Below, one piece after another: positions 46,760 through 58,953 of a stretch of DNA of 64,000 bases. The stretch covers positions 124,001 to 188,000 of the forward strand of contig QPMI01000632.1 in the NCBI GenBank assembly GCA_004431415.1, read 5' to 3'. A program made the position numbers and the translations under genes. The DNA comes from Cyanophora paradoxa CCMP329. Taxonomy: Eukaryota > Plantae > Glaucophyta. Under the pieces are notes generated by a model that was not told where the DNA came from, searched no databases, and saw only the letters and a program-made list of their open reading frames with translations. How positions within the stretch are numbered: the first letter of the stretch is position 1; every line of letters begins with the position of its first letter.

Positions 46760-48486
46760 ATGGTGCGCGGACTTGACGTAGCTAGCACGGTGGTCGGCAC
46801 GCCTATATAGCTAGCTGGCCTCGAAATCGCGCTTAAGCTTCGCATTAATGCGAAGCTTGAGCGCGCCTTTCGTCACACAAGCGCGCAGTCGAAGCGAAAG
46901 GGCTTGTCGTTGGAGGAAAAGCGCGAGAAGATGCTCGAGATTTTCATCGATTCGGTGCGTTCAGCATGCCTGGCCCCTCCGCCTCACCTGCGGCGCCTGC
47001 GTTTTTCGCGCGCGCTCCGCCCTGACATGAAAGGCGAGCAGAAGGATGTGTTTCAGCTGAAGGATATCGAGAAGATCGCCCCCAAGGAAAAAGGAATCAG
47101 TGCGTTGACGTCGCCTCCGGTTTCCGATTAATATTGCGAGGCCGCGGCGTCACCGTCAAATCGATATCAATTAATTATGCTCGCGCTTCTTGCAATCGCG
47201 CACGCGCAGTCGTACAGAGCGTGAAGGAAGTGCTGCAGGTGCTCGTCCCCCCAGTTTCTGCAGCTTTCGCGCACGCGGGAGCTGGTGATCCGATCCGGGT
47301 TTAATTCAGAGCCGCTGATGAGCCCCGTACGCGTCGTACGACCCCGGATGCGCAGAGCCTGTGTGACGACGGCCTTGTTCAGTTCGACAAGATCGGGATC
47401 AGCAACTACTACTGGCAAGATGCTGTTTATAATTAGATCTGCGCGTATTCGAATATTAATCGAGCCCCTCAAATGACGCCGCGAATTATCTCAGGGCGTT
47501 TCCGAGCACGGCGGGCCAACAGCGCGCTTCGCGGATCAAGCAGCTGCAGGACAGCATCGCGGCTGCCGAGGAGCAGAAGAAGACGCTCTCAGAGCAGAAG
47601 GAGGAATCGCAGCGCGGGAAGGAGGACTCGGTGCGTCGAAGTTATCGCGGTCGTATTAATATTTGTATACATGTATTTGCGCATGCGGCCGGGCCGCGCC
47701 ACTCATATGGAATTTGCAATATTGAATGAGCTAACTGGCTGCGGAATTCGACCGTAGGCGGACCGGGCGGCGCAGCTGGGGCAGCTGGCGGCGCTGGAGC
47801 GCGAGGACGAAGCGCTCTCTTCAGAGCTCGCCCGGTGAGCCCTAAGCTTGCGCTTTACATTTTCGAGCACGAGCTCGAGCGCGCGGTCGGGCTCGGCGAG
47901 CATGGAGCCAACGTTGACACAAGATCCAATAGCTGTAATTGATTTAACTCGAACTTTTAGGAAGAGGAGAGGTCGAGTACGTGCGCATGAGTTTGAACGC
48001 GCCAGCCTCCGCGCAGCTACCGCGACTGCGATCCAGAGGTAATCAAGAACCTTGGTGCGCGATTCACATGCTTACCGTAGTATTAGTTCTTTGAATTGTT
48101 GGATGATCATGAATCGAACCTGGTGCAGAGACGCAAACGAATGTCGCGACGGACGCTGCCAATCGGTGGACGGGTGCTCAAGAATTAATTCTCAATCGAT
48201 ATCGATCGCGACGCCCATGCACACGCTGATTCCGTGCACGTGCACGCGCACGCGCGCGGATGCGCAGACAACATTCTATCGGTGAAGAAGCACTGCGCGA
48301 CGAAGCACAACATGGAGGCGAAGCAGTTCAACCAGGCCTTCGGCGTCCCAGAGGCGCGCCCATTTGCATGCCAGAGGTTTCGATTCGCGGTATCGATATC
48401 GATTTGGACTCTACCACGAGCTCTAACATTCTACCTCTATAGCTAACATTCGTGCATTGACCGCGCAGGATCTAGATTATTTGTAG
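46760..48486 (+). CDS. MND1: Meiotic nuclear division protein 1; multi-exon
   Basis: M|SKRKGLSLEEKREKMLEIF..|KDVFQLKDIEKIAPKEKGI|VQSVKEVLQ|SLCDDGLVQFDKIGISNYYW|AFPS...YRDCDPE...DAANRWT|DNILSVKKH...FGVPE|DLDYL* matches the MND1 family throughout. Confidence 0.95.
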
Positions 48487-48786
48487 GCATCACGATCGAA
48501 ATCAGCGCCAGCAGCAGATGTCGATCACTGTCACCGCCCTTGCTCTTGCAATTGCAATCAAGGTGTATAAAGCTCTCGAGGCGCGAGGAGGGATTCCGGA
48601 GGGAACTCGCGATCGAGAGCGGGGATTGTTGACAGAATGCGAAGGTGGGGCGGGGAGGGCGGGGGGGGGGGAGGGAGGAAGAGGAGGAGGAGGAAGAGTA
48701 GGGGGTGGGGCGGGGTGGGGGGTGGGGTGGGGTGGGGTGGGGAGGGAGGGCGCTCTTGGCTGGGGCACCCGGGTGTAGGGTTTAAA

Positions 48787-48837
48787 TTACCGGCGGGGGG
48801 GGGGGGGAGAGAGAGAGAGAGAGGGGGGGGGGGGGGA

Positions 48838-48869
<32 letters not shown>

Positions 48870-50750
48870 CGCATTGATTCCGATGGCATTCACACCGACC
48901 GGGCCGCACTAGCACTCGGCAGTCACACCGCGCGCGCCGGCGCCCGAGCGGCCGCGGGGCGATCGCGGGCTGCAGCTGCAGGTCGGCCGCGACGCCGCAG
49001 TGGTCCGAGAGCTGCGTGAGCCCCGCCGCCGCCGCGCCCGCCCCGGCCTCCCCCTCGAGCTCGCCCCGCCGCACGAAGAGCGGCTCCACGCGCGCGGGGC
49101 GCCGGCCGGCGGGGCGCGCGCCGCCCCCGCTCGCCGGTGCGCGGCCGGCCTCCCCCCGCCCCTCCAAGAAGAGGACGTAGTCAATCCGCTGCGCGCCGGC
49201 GTCGGACGTCAGGCAGGCGGGGCGGAAGGGGCTCTGCGTAAGGACCCGTCTCGAACCTGGAGGGGGGCCGAGCCCGCGACGTTCGTGAGGCGGACCTGCA
49301 GCGCCGGTCGAAGATCGAACGCAAGCCAAAGCTAAGCCCGCGCCGACCGAAACGAGAACGAAAGCGAAATTAAATTAAAGGCTTGCCTCGCGGGGGAGCA
49401 TGGCGTAACCCGGCGGGATGGCTCGCCGGTACCCCACGACGTCGGCGGTAAGGGGGTCGGGAGGCCAGGGCCCGGGGGGCAAGGGCGGGGCCGGCCCCAG
49501 AGGCGCCGCAAAGCGGTCCCCGTAAGTGGGCGGGTGCACGCCTGCGCCCCTCTGTCAGTGGCCTCATATAATTTAAACTAGCGATGTTAGAGCTGCGGCC
49601 GCACCGTCGCAGGATTCCTTCAGCAAGTCGCGAACCCTCCCCACGCCGCCCAGGGCCTGCGCTCGAGGCGCCCCTCAGGAAACTGGCGAGAAGAGCATAG
49701 CGAGAGCAAGCACAGCACCTCGACGGCCCAACGGTAATTGGGGGTCTCAGGGGGCGGGCGGGGCGCCGGCTCGCCGGGGCGCAGCAGGGGCGGCCGGGCG
49801 TCGATGTTGAAGTCTCCGCAGAGGACCGCCGGGCCGGGCGAGGACTCCATACAGCTGCCGGGCCGGGCCGCCTAAGCGGCGCCGGGCGGGGCGGGACCGC
49901 TCAGAGAAGCTATTAAGGGAGGGAAGGCGCGCCGGTCCACGAAGGCGCGGAGGGCGCGGAGCTGCCGCTGCTGGATCTGCCAGAAGACGGGCGCCGGCTC
50001 CCGCTGCGTCGCCGACAGGTACGCGCTCTGCGGGTCGCAGACGCGTTGGCGCAGGCTCGAGGCGATACATCGCGATCGATAGATCTAGAGGAGGGGCCAA
50101 GCTTGAAGGCGGAGATCTAGGGGGCACGGCCCGGGCGCGCCTGGAGGTGGGTGTTGAAGACGTGGAGGCGGCTACCGTCCGGCATCTGGAGGAGCGCCCA
50201 GAGCGCCCCTTTGGCCGCGAAGTAGTCGCCGCCGGTGAGCGTGCCGCGCGGGTAGAGCGCGTACGACTCGCGCAGGACGGGGAAGCGGCTGAGGATGACG
50301 ACGCCGCCGTCGCAGAAGAAAGGCGGGAAAGCGAAAGGACGGGGCGACACGACGGCGTGGCCGAAGCCGCGGGCGCGCGCCTCCTCGAGGAGCGCGTCCA
50401 GCCGCGCCGACCACGACCAGAACATCTCCTGCGGCCGCGCACGCCGCATCAGAACGCCTGAGTGCATTAAATTCACTCTACTGAAGCTTCTGATAGCTCC
50501 CGCCAGGCTCGTACACATGTACGTACGCACGCATGCGCATATGGCGCGATTGCAAGCGACCGGAGCGCGGAGCCTAAGGCGCGTTGCTCACCTGCAGGCA
50601 GACCACGTCGTAGTCGTCGAGGCGTTGGGCGAACAAGCGGAGCCGGATCTCCTTCTCGTCGCCCCGGCTCGACTCTACGCACGCCGGCCGCTCGAATATG
50701 TTGTACGAGAGGATGCGCACGCGGCCGGCGGGCGCCGCGTGGGCCTCCAT
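48787..50750 (-). CDS. Endonuclease/exonuclease/phosphatase (EEP) family enzyme, neutral sphingomyelinase/ISC1-like; multi-exon, 3' end approximate
   Basis: RILSYNIF, DYDVVCLQ|EMF, DGGVVILSRFP, FAAKGAL, HVFNTHLQ, VLCGDFNID, RIDYVL, QLSDHCGV. Confidence 0.85.
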
Positions 50751-51025
50751 GGGTCGAGTCAAACAGCGAGCGCAAGCCCGAGCGCGTACCCCGACTGCTT
50801 CCGAATTTCCGGCTTTGCAGCCAAATTTCCGGAAATTCCGGCCGGCGGGCGGCGGCGGCCCGCCACTCGAGCTCTAGAACTGATCCCCAAATTCCCGGCT
50901 GCCCCCTTCAGACAGCCTGGCAGGCGCCTGACCGAATTCATCATTTGTACATTCGGTAATAGGACCTGCCGGTCCGCGACAGGTGGCAAACGGCGCCCGG
51001 CCCGCGCGGGCCCGGCCCCGGGTCC

Positions 51026-54000
51026 TCAGTCGTCGTCGGCGGCGGAGACGGCGAGGGAGGAGACGACGAGGCCCTCGGCGAGCGCCGAGGCGGCCGCGCG
51101 CTCCTCGGGCGGCAGCGCCCCGCCCTCCAGCAGCGCCCGCAGCGCCCGCTCCGCCCCGCCGCGCACAGCGCCTCCGCCGCCCCGTCCGACGCCGACGCGA
51201 GCGAGCGCAGCAGCGCCACCGCCGCGGCGCAGAAGCGGCGGTCCGCGCGCCCCGCCGGCGCCTCGAGCTGCCGCACCAGCGCCGCCGGGCCCCCCGCCTT
51301 CAGGAACCCCTCCACCAGGGCCCGCCTGGGCACCGCCCCGTCCAAGCCCGCCCCGCCCTCCGCCTCCGGCCCGCCGGCGCTGAGCCGCCGCGGGTGGCTG
51401 TGGCTCGGCAGCGACGGCGAGTCCGGCAGGTGCCTGCGAGCCCGGTCGTTCCAGAAGACGACGAAGAGAGCCATAAAAGGGCGCACGAGTGGTCGGACAT
51501 GGCCTCCGGGATGCCGAGGAGGCGCCCGAAGAAGCGGGTGATGGCGCCCCCGTCGCACGAGGCGCACGGCGGGGGGCCCAGCGGCAGCGGCGTTCCCGCC
51601 GCCCGGTCCGGCAGCGGCGAGGGCGAGGGCGCGCGGGTGTCGCCGGGGGTCGGCGAGGGCGGGAGGAGGGTCAGGGAGGACCGCACGCTCAGCGGCGCCG
51701 CCGACTGCGTGAGCAGCGAGTTGAGCAGCTGCGCGCCGGGGCACCGTGAGCTCTCGGCAGGGAGGGTACTGGAGCGTACGCCGCCGCAGAACCGAACTCG
51801 AACCTGGATGCCGTACGAGGAGATGCGGGGCGGCCGATGCTTGATCAGCGACACGATCGGCCTGCGGGGGTACGCCGCTCGCGGGCGAGCGGGCTTGCGA
51901 GAGGGGTGCGGGGAGCACACCGCGTGACGTTCGCCGCGGCGGCCTCGACCAGGAGCCGCTCGCGGGTCAGCGAGTGCGCCGCGATGTGCTGCGGGGTACG
52001 GCGATCAGGAAGGGGGGGGCACGCCCGGTGGGGGAGGGGGGGTACGCCGTGCCTGTAGGACGGCGATGGAGTTGCACGCGACGGGATCGTCGCCGCTCGC
52101 GAGGAGGCCCGCGAAGACCCGCACCTGCGAGGAGACGCGGGTTCGAATCCCGGCGGGATCATTTCGCGGTTCCCCCTGGGCTCGCCCCGCACCATCTGGA
52201 GGTCCGAGGATGCGAGGAGCTGCGGGGAGCGAAGGCGTCGGCTGCGGCGCGGCGGGGGTACGCATCGAGAGAGGCGGCCGCACGTGCTCGGAGGTCTGGG
52301 GGTTCAGCGTGATGTAGAACATGGCTGCGGCGAAAGGAAGGGAGTCGGGCGGGGTCGGGCGGGGCGAGGGGAAGGGGCGGGCGCGCCTGCGCCGGCAACG
52401 TCGCGGGCGGCCCGGTCCTGGGAGAGCAGCATGCGCGCCACCAGCTGCGCGCACGAGGCGCCGCTGGACGCCTGCCGGCACCTCAGCTGGGGTACGCGGC
52501 CTCCGAGGAGGGGGTACGCGTGCATCACGGAGGAGGACGTGGTTCTCGGGCAGCTCCGCGAGGTACCCCGTCAGCTTCGCCGCCAGCTGCGGGGGGTGTT
52601 GACGGGGGTACCGGGTCGGCCGGCGGGGTACGGGGCTACCAGCTGCTCGCGGCCCTGGCCGTCGCGGAGCGTGGTGGAGAGGAGGGGTACGGCGCCAGCG
52701 GCGGCGATGGCGCGCTGGTTGGGCCCGTTCCGCCTCGCCAGGCTGCAGGGGTACGTCGGGCGGGCCCCGGAAGGGACGGCGGGGGGTACGAGGAAGGTAA
52801 GGGGGGGGGGGGGGCACCTGGAGAGGGCGAAGAGGGCGCACTCGCGTGCGGCGGAGGGCCGGCGGCGGCGGCGGCGGCGTCCTCCGCCTCGCCGGCCGGG
52901 GCCGGGCCGGGGCCGGGCGGGCTCGCCGGCCGCCGCTGCCTGGGCCGTGCCCTCCAGCATCCTCACCAGCGGCGGGATGCCCCCGATCATCGATATGCTC
53001 GTCTGCGCGCGCGGGGCGTCGGCCCGAGGGGCCGGGAGGGGGGTACGCGATTGCTCGGACCTGGAACATGGGGTCCGCCTGCGCGAGGGCCCCGAGCGTC
53101 TTCGCGGCCTGCGCCTGCGAGGAAAGGCTCGACAGGGGTACGGGGATCGCGGAGGAGGGGTACGGGTGCCTGCTGGTCGGTCGATTCAAGGCTCTCGACG
53201 ATTGCCCCGATGGAAATCGAGTCCCGCAATTGCTCTGGAACGGGGAGAATGAAGCGTCGGATAGGGGTACGCACAGATATTGAGGTTGCGAGGGTACGGG
53301 GTACCGAGGCTGTCTGTGGCGGCGAGGCGCTCGATCTTGCGGAAGCTGTTGTTGCGCTCATGGGCGCTGGCGCGCCGTCAGCGGCGACCGGGGGGTACAG
53401 TGCGACGGCGGGATGGGGGGAGGGGTACCCGGCGACGATCTCGCCGCTGGGGGGCGCGGGGGCGCGCTCGGGGGTCGGGGGCCCCTCGATAGGCGGGGAG
53501 GGCGTGGCGGGCCGCCCGGCGGCGGCCGAGGGGCTGAAGCCGCGGAAATGGGAGGCGGCGAGGGCGCGGCACGTCCCGCCGAAGCCGCCGGCGAAGGCGG
53601 CGAGCGCCGCCTCGCGCCGCACTTGCGAGTCGTCCCCAGCGTGGGCCCCCAGCTGCCCGGGGCTCAGTGAGACGGAGGCGCGGGGCCGGGCCGGGCGGGG
53701 CGGCGGCACCAGGGCGCGGATTGTGTGCAGCTCGTCCTCCGTCAGCTTCAGCGGCTCGGCAACGACCTGCGCGGGCGGCGGGCCGTGAGATGAGCGCCGC
53801 GGGGCGGCGGGGCCCGGTGACGCGCGCCCTGCGGAAGGCCTCGGAGAACGTCCGCCACGAGACGGCGTGTACGTCGTCGAAGCTGTCGCGCCAAAAGTCC
53901 GAAACGCTCGGCACCTGAGGCTCGCAACTCGACACAGAGGAAAAAGCCCAAGTCACGCCAAAAAGCCCACTTTCATGGCGAGCCGGTCTACGGCGGCCGG

Positions 54001-54069
54001 CGTGCTCGGTGCCGCGCCGGAAGGGGGCGCGTCCACCTGGACCACAGGCTGGGCGGTCGGGCCTGTCAT
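51026..54069 (-). CDS. Armadillo-repeat protein with N-terminal Cbl-type EF-hand-like segment; multi-exon
   Basis: ARM motifs: IGGIPPLVRML, NGPNQRAIAAAGAVPLLSTTL, AGGPAALVRQL. N-terminus reads MTGPTAQ...AMK|VPSVSDFWRDSFDDVHAVSWRTFSEAF. Confidence 0.7.
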
Positions 54070-54283
54070 CGTGAAGACTGCTGCGCTAAGGCTAGTGACG
54101 CAGACTCCGAGCCTCGATCGAACGCAGCACGTACGCTCAGCGCGGCTGGAACTTCGGGACCTGACCAAGCTACGGCCGATCGAAACAGTATAGTTTGCTT
54201 TCGGGTGAAGGTGAAGGCTGGCCTGCCAATCGAGCCACACTTAGGCTTTTTCCTCTGTGCCGAGTGGCGAACTTCAAGGTGCC
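53910..54283. repeat. Imperfect inverted repeat of about 45 nt (arms 53910-53953 and 54239-54283)
   Basis: The arms are 39/45 identical as reverse complements. One arm is the 3' part of ARM-gene intron 1 plus the first exon-2 bases. Confidence 0.85.
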
Positions 54284-54498
54284 AGCAGCCAGCTCGGGCT
54301 CGCCTAACCCGTACGATCTGGCACGGCCCGCTCGCGCGCTGGATGCACGGAAAAGGTCACTGACTCACCGATAACGCCAGCCGGGCTTCAATCCAAGAAA
54401 GTCGCGTACCCCAAGCGAGAGATCAAATTGCAGAAGGAGCGGCCGCAGATGTCGAGTTAGCGGGGCGTAGAGCGCGGAGCGGAGCACTATAGGAGACG

Positions 54499-57400
54499 AT
54501 GGCGCGGAGCAGTGACCCCGTCGAGGATGGTACGCATCCCGTCGGACGCTTGTACACGCTGATTGCACTGACGTGCGCGTCCGCAGCCATCGCCAAGGGT
54601 GCGAACGCTTCAGCCGAACCATACAGCGCTGCCTGGCTGACCCCTACTGCTCGCCTGGACCGCTGCCTTGTCTGACCCCACTGCTCGCCGACGGCGCTTT
54701 CAGGCATCCCGTTCGGTTTGCACGGCTTTCGAATGCTGCTCCGGCCGCGCTGATTGCCTACAGACTCGCTTTCGCCGGCGATAAAGGAGCTGCTTAACAA
54801 CAACCGCGATTCCTGGGTCGCGCGCGTGAAGGTGCGCCGGGGGCGCTCGGAATGGGCGGGGCGCGGTCGCGGGGAGAGAGCACGCGCCCGCTGGCCGGCG
54901 GCGGGCCGTCGCGCTGCACCGCCAGCCCGCGCCCGGCCCTCCGCCGGCCGCTCAAAGCGCGTGCAGGAGCACTGCTTCCGACACCAGCTGCGGTGGTCGC
55001 TCGGCGTGGCGCGCCTCGTCGTCGACGAGCCCGCGTACGCGCCCCTCTGCCGCCTGCGGCGCCGGCCAGCCGCAGCCGAGGCCGGCGCGCAGGTACTACG
55101 AGGAGCTGATGGGCGTCCTGCGCACGAACCTCATGCTGTGCGCGCCGGGGCCGGGTCCCGGGACCCCGTCCCTCGTCGGCCGCGCCGCTCGAGCGCGCCG
55201 CGCACGCGCAGCTACCCGTACCACCTCGCGGACCGGCTCGTCCGCCTGCTCGGCGCCAGCAGCTTCCGGTGCGGCCGCGGCCCGCCGCCCCGCCCCAAGC
55301 AGCTGAGCGGGGCCCCCGCAGGTACTACATCGACCTCCTCCACGATTTGATCCGGCGGGGTGCCCTCCTTCCCTCCCGGGCCCGCCCCGCGCCGCACCGC
55401 CGCTGACCGCGCGCCGGCGCCGCCCGCAGACAGCAGCTACGACGTGCGCCCCAACCCCCTTCCAACCCGCTTCCAGCCAACCTTTCGCCCTTCGCCCTGC
55501 ACACCGCGTTCTCTTCTCGCAGACGATCCCGAACTTCACGGCGAACGACGCGCTGCGGCTGACGGGGATAGGCCGCAACGAGTACATCCGCCTCGTCCAG
55601 AACGTCAAGTCCAAGAACTGGCTCCAGCGCAAGGTGCCCTAACTTGCCCCCTTTCCTTTCCATGGTCAAGCCTCGTTACTTCGGATCTGGTCCTCAGCCT
55701 TGTCGATCTAGGCCCCCTTCCTCCCCTTCTTAGCTTTCCGATCTTTGCTCCCTAAGCTTCCCTTCCTTGCGCCGCAGAGAAAGGACGTGATCCGCGAGGC
55801 GCTGCCGGCCGCGCCGCTGCCGGTCCCCTGCGAGCACTGGTGGACCGTCTCCCTCGGGCCGCCCCTCCCCGCCGACGACCCCGCCGCCCGCGTGCGCGCG
55901 CCTTCTCCTCTTTCCTGCTGTGAGAATTCCTCCGACTTCTTCTCAGCGGGCGAGGGACGAGCACGCGGCGGCCTTCGAGGCGGTGGCGGGCGGCCCGAAG
56001 CCGGCCGGCACGCTGCCCCGCGACTCCGTCCTCGCCCTCTTCCAGGCGAGCAGCCCGTACCCCCTCTTTTGGCACCGTGTACCCCGCGGGATGACGTTTC
56101 CTCAGGCGGGGGCCGTGTACTATGACGTGCCCGTCCGCGATTCGGACCGCTTCTCGGGTCCGCCCGCCCTTTCGAGCCCCTCGTACCCCCCTCTCACTCT
56201 CTCTCCAGTCCCGACGCTCCAGCACTTCGTCATGAACCGGTCCCAGACAGGAGAATCCTTCGAGCGGTCCGCCTCGCCTCCAACCCCGTACCCCTGCACT
56301 TCTCAACGTACCCTCAGGCTCCTCTACGACGTGTTCGTCTCCATCGACGAGCGCTCCACCGCGGGACAGGTGCCCTCCTCTCAAGCTCCATTCGCGTACC
56401 CCCCGCCCTCACGCCGGACAGCTCGCCGCCGTGCTCGACCGGCCGGTAGAGCACGTCTGCGTGCGTTCTCTACCCCACGCGTACCCCCGGCCCGCCTTCC
56501 TAACCCGTACCCCTCTCCAGAACGCGCTCTCGGTGCTCACGCGCCTTGGCTTCGCGAAGAAGATAACCGCCGAGCCCCTGACCGCCGTCCGCCCGTACCC
56601 CCCGCCCACCTCCGCTTCGCTCTGAGGCGCCCGCAGGGCGGCCGGACGGAGTGGCACGCCTCGTGGCTCGCCGTCGCCCCGTCGCTGGCCGCGCCCCGGC
56701 CCGCTCCGCCCCTGCCCCCGGGCCCCGCCTCCCGCGGCTCGCCCTCGCCCTCCCTGGACGACCCCCTCTCCGGGGGCCCCCGGGTCTCCTCCGACGCCCC
56801 CTCGCCCTCGGCCCCCTCGCCCTACGCCCCCCCCGCCCGGGTCGCCCTCGTCTACGACTCCACCCTCACAGCCTTCCTCATGATGGGCAACCTCTCCCCG
56901 GGTACGCCCCTCCCGCGCACCGGTACCCCCTCGTTCGCCGTTTCCGACCCTGCCTCCCCCGCAGGCCTCAAGCAGCATGCCGTGACGATGTTCGAGGTGG
57001 GCCGCGCACTCCTCACTAGACGCCGTACCCCCGACGACCCCTCCCACCTCCCAGGTGGGCCGCATGACGGACGAGGCGGTAGCCCCCTTCCTGGACGAGC
57101 TGGGGAAGGCGAGCCAGCGTACCCCCCAACCCCCCCTCCCTCCCCCTCTTCCCTGAGCCTCGCCCTCGCCCTCGCCCTCGCCCTCGCCCTCGCCCTCGCC
57201 CTCGCCCTCGCCCTCCGCCTGCCAGATGAACGAGGTGCGGGAGGGGGACGGGCGGCGCTTCTACGGGGCGGCTCGGGCCCTCCGCGAGGCCGTCGCCTTC
57301 CTCCGCCGCAACGCCGCATGCCGGTCCCCCGCCCGCCCTCCCCACTCTCGCTCAGGCTCTCCGTTCTCTCAATCTTAGGCAGGCTCCCCGGCACCGACGG

Positions 57401-58857
57401 AACCCTCGGTACCCCCGCCCCGCCCCGCGCCCTCCGTGCCCCGCCCCGCCCCCGAGCCGCTCCGCAGACCTCATCCGCTGCGAGAGCCTCAACCAGCTCG
57501 ACCCCGCCGCCCGCGAGAAGGTCCGGGCGCCGTACCCCCCCGCCCCCGCCCGCCCCCGTCCGGGACCGGGCGAGCCGCGCCCCAGCTGCTGGTCCGCTCC
57601 TACGCGGCGCTCGTCTCGGTGGCCCCGGTCCTCGGGGGCGGCGTGGGCGCCTCGCCAGGCCCCGGCCTCGCCGACCCGGACACGATCCGCCTGCACTACG
57701 GCCCGCCCTGCCCGGAGGCCGCCAGCCCCTGGTTCCGCCTCTTCCTGTACGCCGCGGCCGGCGCCGGGCCCCCTTCCGCTCTCTTCCGCAAGGGCGAGCC
57801 CGTGCGCGGCCTGCCGCCCCTCCTGCGCGCCTGGGACCAGCTCCTCGTCCTCGACTGGGGGGGTACCGCCGAGGCCTCCGTCGTCGACTCGGCCGGCGCC
57901 CTCGCGGCGGCCGGCGACGCGACCCGCTGGGGCCCCGTCCTCCTCTCCGCCTACGCGGACGGGTACCGCAACCCGCCGCCCGCCGCCGCGGCCGAGGAGT
58001 CCCAGGACGCGCCCGAGGGGGGGGACGAGGAGGAGGGGGAGGGGGAGGAGGGGGCGCCCCTCGGCGCCCGCGTCATCGACGTGCCCTTCCCCCTCCCCGA
58101 GATGCACGGCCAGGACCTGCCCCCCCTTCTCCCGGGTACGCGCGCCTCTCCGCCTTCCTGTACCCATCCTGACCGGCTCGCCCTAGCCGCCGCCTACACG
58201 CGGTCCACCCTCCACCTGCACCCCACCGTCCGGCACCTCCAGGTGCACCCCCTACCCCGCTCCTCGCCCCCCGCCCGCCTCACCGCGCCAGTACCCCCCT
58301 CCAGGAGGTCCTCCGGCTGGAGGATTCCATCGGCTTCATCCGCATGACCCGCCTCCCCGTACCCCCCCGCCCCCACGACCACGAGTGCGCCGCACCTTAC
58401 TCCCCCGCTTTGCTGTCGTTCCGACCCTGAACCCGTACCCTTCCCAGCGCGGCCGCGCCGCACGAGGGTGGCTCGGCGGGCGAGGACGTGGCGAAGTGGG
58501 TACCCCTGGAACTTCACTTCGGCGTACCCCTTTTCGACGGGGCGATGACGCGGACGCTGCTGCAGACCGTCCGCCGCCGCCGCCTCTTCGACGGACCCAG
58601 GTGCGCCGCACCCCCCCCACGGCCCCACCAGCAAAGCTGGGGCGATCCCGGCTCCCCGCAGCGTCCAGAGGCACAAAGAGAGCTCCGCTTCTCTGGTGAA
58701 CGCGCTGCGGGCGTTCATCGCGGAGCACTGCGGCGGCGGAGGCGCCGCCGGGGCCGCCTTCGGGGCCGCCGGGGACCTGGCCCAGAGCCTGGCGCCGCCC
58801 GTCCCGCTCCCGACGCGCTCCCTGCTCTTCGACGGGAGCCAAGTGCGCGCTCTGTGA
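54499..58857 (+). CDS. FAM91A1: FAM91A1 family protein; multi-exon with microexons
   Basis: HQLRW, YYEELM...LML|YPYHLAD, SYD|TIPNFTANDALRLTGIGRNEY, YYDVP, LQHFVMNR, LLYDVFVSIDE, RLGFAKK, RVALVYDSTLTAFLMMGNLSP|GLKQHAVTMFE, HYGPP..EAASPWFRLFLY, WVPLELHFGVPLFD, LLFDG. Confidence 0.95.
57158..57214 (+). repeat. (CCTCGC)n microsatellite in a FAM91A1 intron
   Basis: About 9 perfect hexamer units. Confidence 0.9.
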
Positions 58858-58953
58858 CCCCGCCTCCGGGAAAGCATCGCGGTCGAGTGGGAGAGCTATC
58901 AATGTAAAGAGTCCTAACAACAACAGCCAGCGTCGCCCGCCGGCGCTAGCGAT

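Noticed and set aside
52120-52160. GGTTCGAATCCC resembling a tRNA T-loop (also GGTTCGACTCC near 17504)
   Set aside because: No cloverleaf or A-box can be built, and both sites lie within introns of protein genes on the opposite strand.
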